DNA of 63,583 bases, filler included, from Octopus bimaculoides (taxonomy: Eukaryota), in the NCBI RefSeq assembly GCF_001194135.2. It is 6 parts of 5 records of this genome, joined end to end, with 100 filler letters (N's around TTAATTAATTAA, not from the genome) between each part and the next. Parts side by side here need not be neighbours in the genome. Positions count along the whole stretch, not along the records: positions 36,764 to 47,880 come from NW_026382863.1; positions 47,981 to 60,898 come from NC_068990.1; 4 more parts are not named here. One strand, given 5' to 3'. A program made the translations under genes and the position numbers. The notes beneath the pieces are model-generated. The model was not told the DNA's origin, made no database searches, and saw only the letters and a program-made list of their open reading frames with translations. The first letter of the stretch is position 1; each line of letters starts with the position of its first letter. Shown here piece by piece: positions 47,130 to 58,615 of this stretch.

Positions 47130-47880
47130 TTGGTGGTGCTGGTGATGTCTAGAGGTGGTTGGAGTAGGACGGTATTACTGCTGCATCTGCTACTGATGAT
47201 GATGATGTTGAAGAGAAGCAGTATCGGAAAGGGGTGGGTGGAGAAAAGAGGTTGAGCCGTATTCTTGTGGGGTGGGGGACGCCGGAAACATCAAACGGCC
47301 ATAAATTGCTCTTCAACATCACGAGGCACGGAGCAGAGCAAAGCAAAGGGTCACTTACAATAACAACAACATCAACAACATGGCCTCCACCACCGCCACC
47401 ACCACGTCCACTGCCGCCACCGCCACCACCACCTCCATAAATAACAACAATAACTGCTGCAGTACTTGAGCTTTGTTCGCCCATCGCTTGCACCCCCTCA
47501 CCACCACCTACAAAACCACACACCGCCAGACCTTAACACCGCCACACCATAATACCGCTATGCTTATTTCTTTCACGCCTGATTAACCACAATTCTTCGC
47601 TTCTCTCTACTTGCCGCCTTGAAACTAAAGTGTGCTCAAGAAGGTGCAAGGTTCACTTGGCCGCGTGTGCTGACGAAGTGCCGATGTAAGCCGAGATGAA
47701 GAACACGAGCGCGCTGCTTGATGTTCCAGAATGTTCGAGAAGGAAGAAGAGAATGAAAATTTGGTGGTTAATGAATGATGAATAAAATAAAATGCAATGA
47801 TCGCTCGCAGACGTTTTTTTGTTTGTTTGCTTGCTTGCTTTTTCATGCGTAATTTGTATCGCCGCAGGGCAGAGGAGGGC
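47130..47880. promoter_or_regulatory. CpG-rich unique island, candidate promoter, 5' UTR or enhancer
   Basis: GC- and CpG-rich non-TE sequence (ggccgcgtg, gagcgcgctg, gatcgctcgcag, atcgccgcag) in an AT-rich background, with (CCA)n/(AAC)n tracts. Ends at a scaffold join. Confidence 0.35.
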
Positions 47881-48018
47881 NNNNNNNNNNNNNNNNNNNN
47901 NNNNNNNNNNNNNNNNNNNNNNNNTTAATTAATTAANNNNNNNNNNNNNNNNNNNNNNNNNNNNNNNNNNNNNNNNNNNNTATATATATATATATATACG
48001 TACATATACACGCACATA

Positions 48019-48182
48019 CACTATCGTAGCTAAGGAGGCGGTAGGGGTAGTCCACTCTAGACGACACTTTTAAAGGGGTGGCACTTTTGGGTCTGCTGGA
48101 GGCAATATGTATTTTTTGTGGGGTCTGGAGGCAGCAAACAGAAGGGACGCCCCGAGCGGCACACTCTCTATGTACGCTAGTG
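48019..48182. mobile_element. Small MITE, possibly hAT-derived
   Basis: Terminal inverted repeats cacta(t/g)cgta at both ends; GC-rich interior (ggggtggcactttt, gccccgagcggca). cacata flanks both ends, but in a CA-repeat context. Confidence 0.5.
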
Positions 48183-48244
48183 CACACATACACATATACA
48201 ATTATATATATTTATAGACAGACAGACACACAGACAGACACACG

Positions 48245-48312
<68 letters not shown>

Positions 48313-49169
48313 TGTGATCACGGGAATAAACTATAACAACGTAGAGTAACTGTTATAGTTTATTTATTTATAATCCCTGATTACTAGTTCTAACTATTTC
48401 TAACTGTTTTGCACTTATATGAATTCCTTGTAATAAATTAGATATATTTTGATTCTTCATGTTTAAAATGAATAACAATACCAGAGCTGCCTTTTGGCTT
48501 GTCTACTTGCAAATACTTCCCCTCTCACATCGTTTCTAAAATATAGTAGTAAACTCCAAAAGCTTACGACTGACTCTAACGAGGTTGTGGATTATCAAAT
48601 TACTTTACTAGATGTTAATACTATTAACCAATGATAAGATAGAACAATAGCTTAAGGTTGATGGCTAGAAACAGGCGACCCAGTTCTGTATAAATGCACG
48701 CACGGACCACATTCCATCTTCTTTCGTTTCTTTTCATTTACTTTTACTTAGTAGTTGATTTGTTTTGACTCTGAGGAAGTTATCAATGCCCTGGTGATTA
48801 CATATATAACTTCAGTCGATCAATCGATCGATTGATAAAACTGAACCATGAACGCATTCAATTGTACATATGAAACAGCTGTGAGCCTACACTAAATAAC
48901 AAATATATGTAACCTATTATTTTTTTTTCTATTTTATGTATTCCTCTATAAAAACGTACGATCTTAACTCTGTAATGTAACCATGGCTGGCGATGGACTA
49001 GGACCTGCGTTTTTGACTTCGGTTTCCGACTTCGGATTACCCGATGTACAATATCGATCACAAGCCTTAGTTTTTTTTTCTGCAGAGTTGAAGAAGTATT
49101 TAGCCTGGATTAATATCCTTTATTAATCACTCGTTGTTTACAAACATGCATAATACATACATGTATGCA

Positions 49170-49403
49170 TCGCTGTATCAGCCACAGATGATGCCACTCC
49201 GTGAGCGATGCGGAATGACCGACATTTCCACCGCGATGGAATGCTAGTCCGTCTTAGGGTTACCGACTTACAGCTGAATGAACTGGAGAAACATGGAATA
49301 AAGCGTTTTGCTCAAAAACAGTACCTTGCCCAGTCTGCTGATCGAAACCATGATCGTGTGATCATGAAGGCAACGTCCTAACCACTAGGCCATGCGCCTT
49401 CAC
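49170..49403 (-). mobile_element. SINE family D-like
   Basis: tRNA head gtgaaggcgcatggcctagtggttagg (reverse complement at the 3' end), gagcaaaacgctttattcc body and cgcggtggaaatg tail. Confidence 0.7.
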
Positions 49404-49481
49404 TGTGTTTGTGTGTGTGTGTGCATGTGTGTTTGCATACACGTATACATATATGCATATATACATATGTACGTCTGTATT

Positions 49482-49640
49482 ATATAGTTGAAATTTATAG
49501 AACAACAAAAGACGAAGACTGGTATATGAACAACAAACAAATGTATTAGTTTGACGCTCGGGAAAGTGAAAAAGTCTTTTACGTTTCGAGCCTACGCTCT
49601 TCAGCAGAAGGGAATAAGAGAAAATAAACAGAGAGAATGA
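49482..49640 (-). mobile_element. Short PLE-associated element with hammerhead-like motif (copy 2)
   Basis: Minus strand 49611..49576 reads cctt-CTGCTGA-a-gagc(gtag)gctc-GAAA-cgt-a-aaag. Colinear with 4420-4575. Confidence 0.65.
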
Positions 49641-49962
49641 AAAACACTTGACGGAATATACGAGAATTTATTATTAATCACAACAGTTGTATCAACACAT
49701 CTAGTATCGATTCTTCACGTGTGGGACACTTAACAACTGGTTCTGGAACATCTGGTGGTACAGTTGTGTCCCATCGGGTGATAAATAGGCACAACTCGTT
49801 AAAATAATAGTCCTGCAATGTATATTCTCATTTGGCAGAAAGAAAAGCAGCAAAACGAAGGAAATATCTTCATTCACATAGAAGATCAAAAGTAAAATTA
49901 CAGATGGAAAAAAAGAAACGAACACGCAATACCATACAGACACACACATGTATATATATATA

Positions 49963-50434
49963 TAAAGAAAAGACTATTTGCCAAACATAATGTGGTTGTC
50001 CTGGAAAGGACGATTTTTACTGTTGTTTAGCCCCAGAAAACATAGTTTCCAGCTGGCCATACGTCACAATATCTGTGTCCTTATATTTTCTTAATAAGGA
50101 GTTTAGCACCCTGCCTCCAGTACAAAGCAACATCTGTGGACCGGTTTCTGGGTTATTGTCCTTTATTAACACAGAGTACCTGCTTGGCTTTGAAAACTAT
50201 ATATTTTCGAATGGGAATTCAGCAACGCAACCTAGCCAGACGGCTACTCTGTGTTGGTAAAGGGCAATAATCCTGAGACCGATCTACAGATGTTGCTTTA
50301 TGCTGGATGGGGGTGCTGGCTTCCCTATTCGAAAATATAAGGACACAGATATTGTGTCGTATAGCCAGCTGGAAACAGTAACAGTCGTCCCTTCCAGGAA
50401 AGTTACATTACGATGGCAAATAGTCTTTACTTTA
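49963..50434. mobile_element. Foldback MITE: ~200-225-bp inverted arms, 44-bp spacer, TA at both ends
   Basis: The left arm 49963-50189 aligns with the reverse complement of 50234-50434, from taaag.aaagactatttgcca to aacacagagta...ggct. The left arm carries an extra insertion of about 23 bp. Confidence 0.9.
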
Positions 50435-50439
50435 AAGAA

Positions 50440-50620
50440 CTGTTACTGAATATCTCTCTTCCAGAGATTTAGATATAATAATGTTTCTCTGGTGTCTTTG
50501 GCTTGTTTGTTCCCAAACAACACTCATTTTAGCGCTGTTGACACCCACGGATTGAATGGTATTTGCCCAGGTTTCGAAACCATAGTGATATCCATGGGGC
50601 AGCTGATGATGGAGATATGT
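50440..50620 (-). mobile_element. RTE LINE C-terminal fragment
   Basis: YGFETWANT...AKMSVVW...IISKSLEER resembles the YGxETW..EMxMxRW region of RTE ORFs. Confidence 0.45.
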
Positions 50621-51734
50621 TGGATTGTTGGTATGGCTGTTTTTGTATATGTAGACTAGTATAGTTGGATTGTTGCTTTGGCTGTGGAACAGTATTATGA
50701 TACATCCTTTATATANNNNNNNNNNNNNNNNNNNNNNNNNNNNNNNNNNNNNNNNNNNNNNNNNNNNNNNNNNNNNNNNNNNNNNNNNNNNNNNNNNNNN
50801 NNNNNNNNNNNNNNNNNNNNNNNNNNNNNNNNNNNNNNNNNNNNNNNNNNNNNNNNNNNNNNNNNNNNNNNNNNNNNNNNNNNNNNNNNNNNNNNNNNNN
50901 NNNNNNNNNNNNNNNNNNNNNNNNNNNNNNNNNNNNNNNNNNNNNNNNNNNNNNNNNNNNNNNNNNNNNNNNNNNNNNNNNNNNNNNNNNNNNNNNNNNN
51001 NNNNNNNNNNNNNNNNNNNNNNNNNNNNNNNNNNNNNNNNNNNNNNNNNNNNNNNNNNNNNNNNNNNNNNNNNNNNNNNNNNNNNNNNNNNNNNNNNNNN
51101 NNNNNNNNNNNNNNNNNNNNNNNNNNNNNNNNNNNNNNNNNNNNNNNNNNNNNNNNNNNNNNNNNNNNNNNNNNNNNNNNNNNNNNNNNNNNNNNNNNNN
51201 NNNNNNNNNNNNNNNNNNNATATATATATATATATACTACTACTGGTGCCCCAATATGGCCGCAGCTCTCGAGTTAAAACTAGTAAAAGAGTACATATAT
51301 GAATATATTTATATATAATACCAGTGTTTATGCAGACGCCAGTCATATTTATATAATAAATAGCCTTACATAGTCGCTGTAGTTGACAGGGGAAATTGAT
51401 TTGTACCGAATGAACGGCCAATATGTAAGAAAATATATCAGGAAAGAAAAGAAAGCAAAACTGGGCAGAGGAGAAAGATGTTAACATATGAAGAGAAAAT
51501 AATGAGACAAGCAAGTAAAGAAAATCGACGCAACGGATATATTCTTCACTTCCTTTTGCCTTATATATCACTGTTCTTTTGTTGCACAGAAACACTCTCC
51601 CACATACTCAGACATGCACATACCCACGTGCACAAACACACACACAAACACTCTTATATAGAGAGATATATAGGTGTTTGTATATGTGTATATATTCTTT
51701 CTGTGCATGTGTGTCGTATATACATATATATATG

Positions 51735-51775
<41 letters not shown>

Positions 51776-52623
51776 NNNNNNNNNNNNNNNNNNNNNNNNN
51801 NNNNNNNNNNNNNNNNNNNNNNNNNNNNNNNNNNNNNNNNNNNNNNNNNNNNNNNNNNNNNNNNNNNNNNNNNNNNNNNNNNNNNNNNNNNNNNNNNNNN
51901 NNNNNNNNNNNNNNNNNNNNNNNNNNNNNNNNNNNNNNNNNNNNNNNNNNNNNNNNNNNNNNNNNNNNNNNNNNNNNNNNNNNNNNNNNNNNNNNNNNNN
52001 NNNNNNNNNNNNNNNNNNNNNNNNNNNNNNNNNNNNNNNNNNNNNNNNNNNNNNNNNNNNNNNNNNNNNNNNNNNNNNNNNNNNNNNNNNNNNNNNNNNN
52101 NNNNNNNNNNNNNNNNNNNNNNNNNNNTATATATATTAATGTTATCGTTCAAAGCACTTCCGTGACTTCTTTAGCAAAGAATATCGAAACCTGAAACATA
52201 TCCTCCCACATGATACAGCCTTCATCCGATTCTAAATGTCTAGCTTTATGGAATCACCTGGAAATATCATGCGTCCATTTTCTTTTGCCATTGTTTTTTT
52301 TTGTTTTTTTTTTCGTCTAGCATTTTTCTTTTTGCTTATATTACCATTATTGATTTGATATAGGCTATTTTGGTATTATCTTTGCATGTCTGTAATCAAT
52401 GATGCTTTTTTAAACATAGCTGCGAAGTGCATAGAGTGTTAGAATGAGAGATACGTGGATATTAGCGCTTTCAGCTGAAACGGTGTCGATCTTAGGAAAA
52501 GTAAGACAAACTAACACATGTATGAATGAGATATTTGTGTAATTGTATTTCTATAGAATACATATGTGTGTGTGTATGTGTGTGCACAGTATATCATTAT
52601 GACATTACATGTATTATTATTTA

Positions 52624-52678
<55 letters not shown>

Positions 52679-53767
52679 CTATCTNNNNNNNNNNTATCTC
52701 TATCTCTATATCTCACTCTCCCTATATATATATATATATATATATATATCCGAAAGTGTAGTATAAAATATGGATTCAGAGAACCATGCGACCTTCACAA
52801 TAAGCCCTCCATTCGTAATCGACTAGAATTTTATGTAGTAATCAACTACTACCATATCGTGTAACCTAGTTTGACTGCAAGTCCAAGAAATCCGAGCAAT
52901 ATATTTTTTTGCCGTGATGAGTAAATAAAGCATAAACTCAGGAGGAGATGAAATAGATTTCCTTTTTTATCTGTCTTTTATATGGTTACAGCCGTTTCGT
53001 AAGCTTTTTCATGTAGTGTTAGTAATTTCAATATGCAAAATTATACGTACATATGTGCATTAATATATATGACGATATAATACAATACAATTATAAATTC
53101 ACAAATGAATGCAAATATTCTTTTCTACTCTAGGCACAACATACACACATAAGCATATATTGCTTTATATTTATATGCAAACATACATTTATATATATAA
53201 ATTTAGAGTAAATTTTGACCGGCCACCTATTTCGTAGCAAGGTTGTGATAGAAAGTATCTTCTTTTAACCATCATCCTTTAAATCTTAAGGAGGTCTTGC
53301 AGAGTTTTATAGTCACAGATATCATTTATATAACATCTCTTCACACGTATTCTTTCCAGCATGTTATATTAGACACCTGACTTGTGTTCGACTTCAAACT
53401 TTCATTACTATATTTTTATTTTCATCCATCATTATTAATTCATATTCCTTCTTAATAGTAAATCTCGGGAAATAATGGTTTAAATCTAATAATGTTACTT
53501 CAAAATTTCTTCAAGCTCATCACCTGATTTAAATGGCTATAATGGTAGTATTATGGTCGACCTCTTCCTTTTTTGTGTGTGTGGTCATTTACCTGTAAGA
53601 TGCTGATATTAATATGAGTCTGTATAACATTAAAATAACTTTAAAAACATCAATGATACATCATGGCAATATGTGGATTGTAAATTGCTTAGATTAATTA
53701 TTCTTCATTAGCAAATACATGTACATACAAAGATGCACACTCACACACGCACACACACACACATGTA

Positions 53768-53972
53768 TTAGTTTCGTTTTTTGGCACCAGTCAGTAATTT
53801 TGGAGAAAGGAGTAAGCCAATGACATCGATCTCAGTCCTCAAGTGGTACTTATTTTATCTGCCCTGAAAAGATAAAAAGGCAAAGTCAACTTCGGCGGAA
53901 TTTGAACCCAGAACGTAAAGACGGACAAAATGCGTAGCGACATTTTGTCCGTCATGCTAACGATTCTGCCAA
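53768..53972 (-). mobile_element. SINE family C
   Basis: The reverse complement matches family C from head to tail. Confidence 0.8.
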
Positions 53973-54560
53973 CCAGCAAATTAAATTTGTCTATAACTGG
54001 AAACATTACACCTCTGGGATATTATATATCAAAAAACATCGAGAAACATCATAAATTAATCACGGGGGAATGAGTGACGTTCATGGCCTTACAAAGCTCT
54101 TTGAAACTGGTAATCTTAATCTGCCGGATAATTATTTACAACATTTATATCGGCATCAGCAGAAGAAATGTGAGTTGTGAACGGAACTGAGAGTCTGGTC
54201 TGAATACGTTCAATAGAATGAACTCTTCAAAATGTATCTAGGAACAATTGGTCATGAAGTTATGGATTATCTTCACTAACTATACAAACCTATCTTGCCA
54301 TTGTATGCATGTTTCTGCGTGCATGAGTGCGCATTTGGGTGTTGTATGTGTCTGTGTTTGTGAATGCGAGTGTGTGTGCAAGTGTGCATTTGTGTGTGCG
54401 TGTAAGTGTGTGTGTATGAGTGTGTGAATGTATGTGCGTACGTGTATGTGTGTATGTATGCAGGCAGTTCTCGATTTATGGGGTTAACTAGCTCGTTACC
54501 TTTGTTCGTTAACCTAGAACCTGTAAAAAAGTAGATACAGAAAAATATAGACAACACTGG

Positions 54561-54689
54561 TTTTAGATTTTAGCACAAGGCCAGGAATTTTCTGCGAAGG
54601 ATGAAAGTCGATTACATCGACCCCAGTCCTAATACTCAACTTTCTCGACCCGATAGTGATGAAAAGCAAAGTCGACCTCAGCAAAATTT
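54561..54689 (-). mobile_element. SINE family C 3' fragment
   Basis: gcacaaggccaggaattt...gtcgattacatcgaccccagt...gcaaagtcgacctcagcaaaattt. Confidence 0.7.
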
Positions 54690-55220
54690 CCCATAGAAAT
54701 ATGTTAATTATAATAACGATGAAATAATCCCCATAAAAGATTGCAAAATACAAATGTAACAGATATTATTATTATTAATATTTAACTAAAAATGTATACT
54801 TGTAGCTAAAATATTTGGAGCAAAAACGATAATGTCTGGAAAAGGTAATTATCTTACCTTTTCCAACTGTTGTCAATATAATTATTAAGTACGCTTAATG
54901 ACAGGTGTACTCGTTTTAGGGCAACCGTTAAGCACAAATTTGTTAAAAGTTTATATGAAAAGAGAAATACATATTTTTTGCCAATTTTCACGAAGATGCA
55001 AGCTCGGAAATGAGATGCTCGGAAAGCTGGGATTATCTGCATCTAAGACTTCAATGTCCAATGTGTTCGTCTATTTTCATGATACTAGAGTTTGATATGA
55101 GGGAGAGTTGGTTTCTATTTCTACTATGCCGAATGAGTGCATTGACAAATCTTCGGTAGATCGCCAGGCAGTTGGCTGCAGTAGACTACAATGCACATGT
55201 AAGAATTATCTAAGTTTAAG

Positions 55221-55396
55221 AAGGCGATGAACTGACAGAACTATTAGAGCATTGGGCAAAATGTTTTGCAATATTTTTTTCCGCTGAGGATGATTTCACC
55301 TTTCGTCCTTTCGGGGCCGGCAAAATAACTACCAACAGAACGCTGGAACTGAAGTAGTCGATTTACCTACTTTCCTAAAATTTGCTGGCCTTGTGA
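55221..55396 (+). mobile_element. SINE family C, diverged (another decayed copy at about 55800-55985)
   Basis: aaggcgatgaactgacagaa head and cctttcgtcctttcggggccggcaaaataactacc body. Confidence 0.7.
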
Positions 55397-55410
55397 AATC
55401 ATTATTTAAA

Positions 55411-55795
55411 CATGTGGCTGTGTGGTAAGGAGTTTGCTTCCCATCCAAACGGTTCCAGGCAAGTGACTTCTACTATTGCCCCAGGTTGATCAAAGCCTAG
55501 TGAGTGGATTTGATACATAGAAATTGAAAGAAGCATGTCGTGTGCGTGTGTGTGTGTTTGTTGGTCTCCTATCAGCGCTTCACAACTGGTGCCAGTGCGT
55601 TTATGTCTTCGTAATCTAGCAATTCTGCAAAGGAGAACCGATAGAATAAGTACCAGGCTTACAAAGGAAAAAAAAAAAAAAAAGTACTCCAGTCGATTCA
55701 TTCGACTAAAACTTCTTCCAGTACTCCAGCATGGCCGCAATCTAATGACAGAAGCAAGTAGAGTATAAAATGTAAAAGATAAGAGATAAAAGATA
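55411..55795 (+). mobile_element. SINE family B
   Basis: Head catgtggctgtgtggtaaggagtttgcttccc; both halves present; (AAGAT)-like tail. Confidence 0.85.
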
Positions 55796-56529
55796 AGGTC
55801 ATGGATTTTCAGAATCGTTTGATACCTTGCAGTAGTTCTTCCGGTTCATTATGATTCTAATTCACTTTACCATTCTTTTTTCACCAGGGACGATAAAATA
55901 TAACACCAGCCAAGCATTGAGTTCAATATAAATCGGCTGCATCTTCGCCCTCGGTAAATTTGGAGCCTTGTGCTTTTATTAGAAATAATTAGTTAATCGT
56001 ATGAATATTATTTAACAAATGTAGACATTATTTGCTAAAACGATATTTGTATGACAGGAAACACATTAAGAACTTTCGAGGACAGACAGTTTTTATTATA
56101 AATTTGTGTGCTAATATAGGATATCGTTCCGGAATGTCAGGGATATATTAATGAATCAAACCTACTAATATTTGATAAACATCAGAGTCAGTCAGATTAT
56201 ATGAACTCAGTCGAGACCGTTAGATATATGGTAATAAGAACTAGCCGCTAATGCCAGTTGCATGAGAGACAGGGAAGGTTTTGAAAACACACTCAGGACT
56301 CTCAGGTGTATGGTAATGAAGTCTATACACACTCATTAATGTATGTGAGATCAAAGACTGATCAACGGCCGGCAACAAAGTAGCGGCTGCAGTGTGTGCG
56401 GTTATAAAGTTTAGACACTATGATGTAAGGTTGTAATAAAGCAGAGACAGGCTTGGGAACTACTCTCCCAGTTGTAAGACGTGTAGTCATAAAAACCACA
56501 CGCTGAATATCAAAAAGAATAAACGGCAT

Positions 56530-56618
56530 ATGGTGGTGGTGATGGTGGTGGTGGTGGTGGTGGTGGTGGTGGTGGTAACGGTGGTGGTGGTGGTGGTGAC
56601 GAGGATGAGGATGATGAT

Positions 56619-56671
<53 letters not shown>

Positions 56672-57230
56672 GATGAGGATGATGATGTTGATGACGGCGA
56701 TAGTAATGGCGGTAACGATGATAGTGTCGATGTTGATGTTGATGTTGATCTGGTTGTTGTTAACGATGATTGAGTTGCCTGATTGGTGGTGGTGGTGGTG
56801 GTGGTGGTGGTGGTAGTTGTGGTGATGGTGAAGGTAGCAATTATGATAATGCTTATGATAATAGCAAGTGAAAGGACGATGTTGTCGACGACGTTGACGA
56901 TGACGAAGGTGACGATGGCTGCAGTGATTATTGTTGATTGTGGTGCAGGTAGTATTAGTGATAGTGACTACAGCATCGGTGGTACTAGTCACTATGGCGT
57001 TGGCAGTGGTGGTGGTGGTGCTGCTGCTGCTGGCGCTAGTGGTAGCGCTGTTTTGGTTCTATCACGATACTGGTGATGGTGGTGGTGGTGATAATTCTAT
57101 GGCGGTACGGTTCTGCGGCGTTAGTTTTGTAGTTATTGTTTTTATTGTTGTGGTTGTGGTGACGGAGTAACGTTGGAGATGCTGATGATGAGGGCGTGGT
57201 ACTGGCATTTCGGAGGTGGTGGCGGTTTCA
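56530..57230. repeat. Compound (GGT)n/(GAT)n low-complexity block
   Basis: Visible in the sequence; source of the spurious poly-M/W/V/H/P ORFs. Confidence 0.9.
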
Positions 57231-57259
57231 AGAAGCGCCTGTTAGATACATCATAACCC

Positions 57260-57415
57260 TATTTTTTTGACTATTAGGCACAAGGTCTGAATTTTTTTTT
57301 TTTTTTTTTTTTGAGGGGAAGGGAACTAATCGATTGCATTGACTCCAGTGTTCAAATGGTACTTATTTTATCGACTTCGAAAGGATGAAAGCTAAAGTCG
57401 GCCTTGATAGAATTT
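57260..57415 (-). mobile_element. SINE family C 3' part
   Basis: taggcacaaggtctgaa...ggtacttattttatcgacttcgaaaggatgaaagctaaagtcg. Confidence 0.7.
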
Positions 57416-57748
57416 TGTTAGATCTATCACAATAATACGGTGCTTTGTCAAGTGTGATAGGAGGATCGTTAAGATATAACAGATCAGTAACAACGTAATG
57501 ATAAGTTAGACAACTGATGTGAAACGGTGACAAACTGACACACCAAAGAAATATTCACGAGAAAGCTAGAAATATATATGAAAATTTTGTAAATGTTCAT
57601 CGAAGTAAATTTTAGATATTGTAATATTTTCAGTTTCAAAAATTCATCATTCATTCAATTTTTACTGTACTCTTCTTTACCTTTTTTCTTAAAAAATTTA
57701 TATTAAATTTCGAAGAAAAATAAAACGTAATGAATAAATTATTAAGAT

Positions 57749-58315
57749 AGGCGCAGGCGTGGCTGTGTGGTAGGGAGTTTCCTTCCTTACCATATGATTC
57801 CAGCTTNNNNNNNNNNNNNNNNNNNNNNNNNNNNNNNNNNNNNNNNNNNNNNNNNNNNNNNNNNNNNNNNNNNNNNNNNNNNNNNNNNNNNNNNNNNNNN
57901 NNNNNNNNNNNNNNNNNNNNNNNNNNNNNNNNNNNNNNNNNNNNNNNNNNNNNNNNNNNNNNNNNNNNNNNNNNNNNNNNNNNNNNNNNNNNNNNNNNNN
58001 NNNNNNNNNNNNNNNNNNNNNNNNNNNNNNNNNNNNNNNNNNNNNNNNNNNNNNNNNNNNNNNNNNNNNNNNNNNNNNNNNNNNNNNNNNNNNNNNNNNN
58101 NNNNNNNNNNNNNNNNNNNNNNNNNNNNNNNNNNNNNNNNNNNNNNNNNNNNNNNNNNNNNNNNNNNNNNNNNNNNNNNNNNNNNNNNNNNNNAATAATA
58201 GAATAAGTAGCAGGCGTCAAAGAAAAATAAGTGCCCGGTCGATCCATTCGACTAAAATTTTAGAAGGTGGTACCCCAGCATGGCCACAGTCTAATGACAG
58301 ACAAGTTAAAAATAA
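57749..58315 (+). mobile_element. SINE family B spanning a gap
   Basis: Head aggcgcaggcgtggctgtgtgg lies before the N run; 3' end gtcgatccattcgactaaaa...ccccagcatggccacagtc lies after it. Confidence 0.7.
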
Positions 58316-58523
58316 ACGAAAAAGTAGCTGTTGCTATTGCATTAATTATGGTCTTTGCCATCTTTCTGCTCCAAAGAAGAGCAGCCTTCATGATCGAAGT
58401 TTGTCTATTTCTTATATTGCATATTTTTATAGTTAATACAAAAAATACCAGAATCTTAAAAGTATGGATGGAGCCTCTCTGCTAACAAACACTGTGTAAC
58501 AAACCTTTTATTCCTCTATTTAT

Positions 58524-58615
58524 TTCGGCTGAATTTTGAACTCAGAACGTAAAGACAGACAAAATACCGCTAAGCATTTTGTTCGGTGTGTTAACGATTC
58601 TGCCAGTACACCACC
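58524..58615 (-). mobile_element. SINE family C 5' fragment
   Basis: tttgaactcagaacgtaaagacagacaaaataccgctaagcatttt...aacgattctgccag. Confidence 0.75.

Noticed and set aside
56139-56525. Solo LTR (TG start, AATAAA signals)
   Set aside because: No matching TSD, no defined CA end, and no second copy.
57522-57545. ctgatgtgaaacggtg (and gctgaaacggtgtc near 52475) as hammerheads
   Set aside because: The core is incomplete, with no stem II or stem I.
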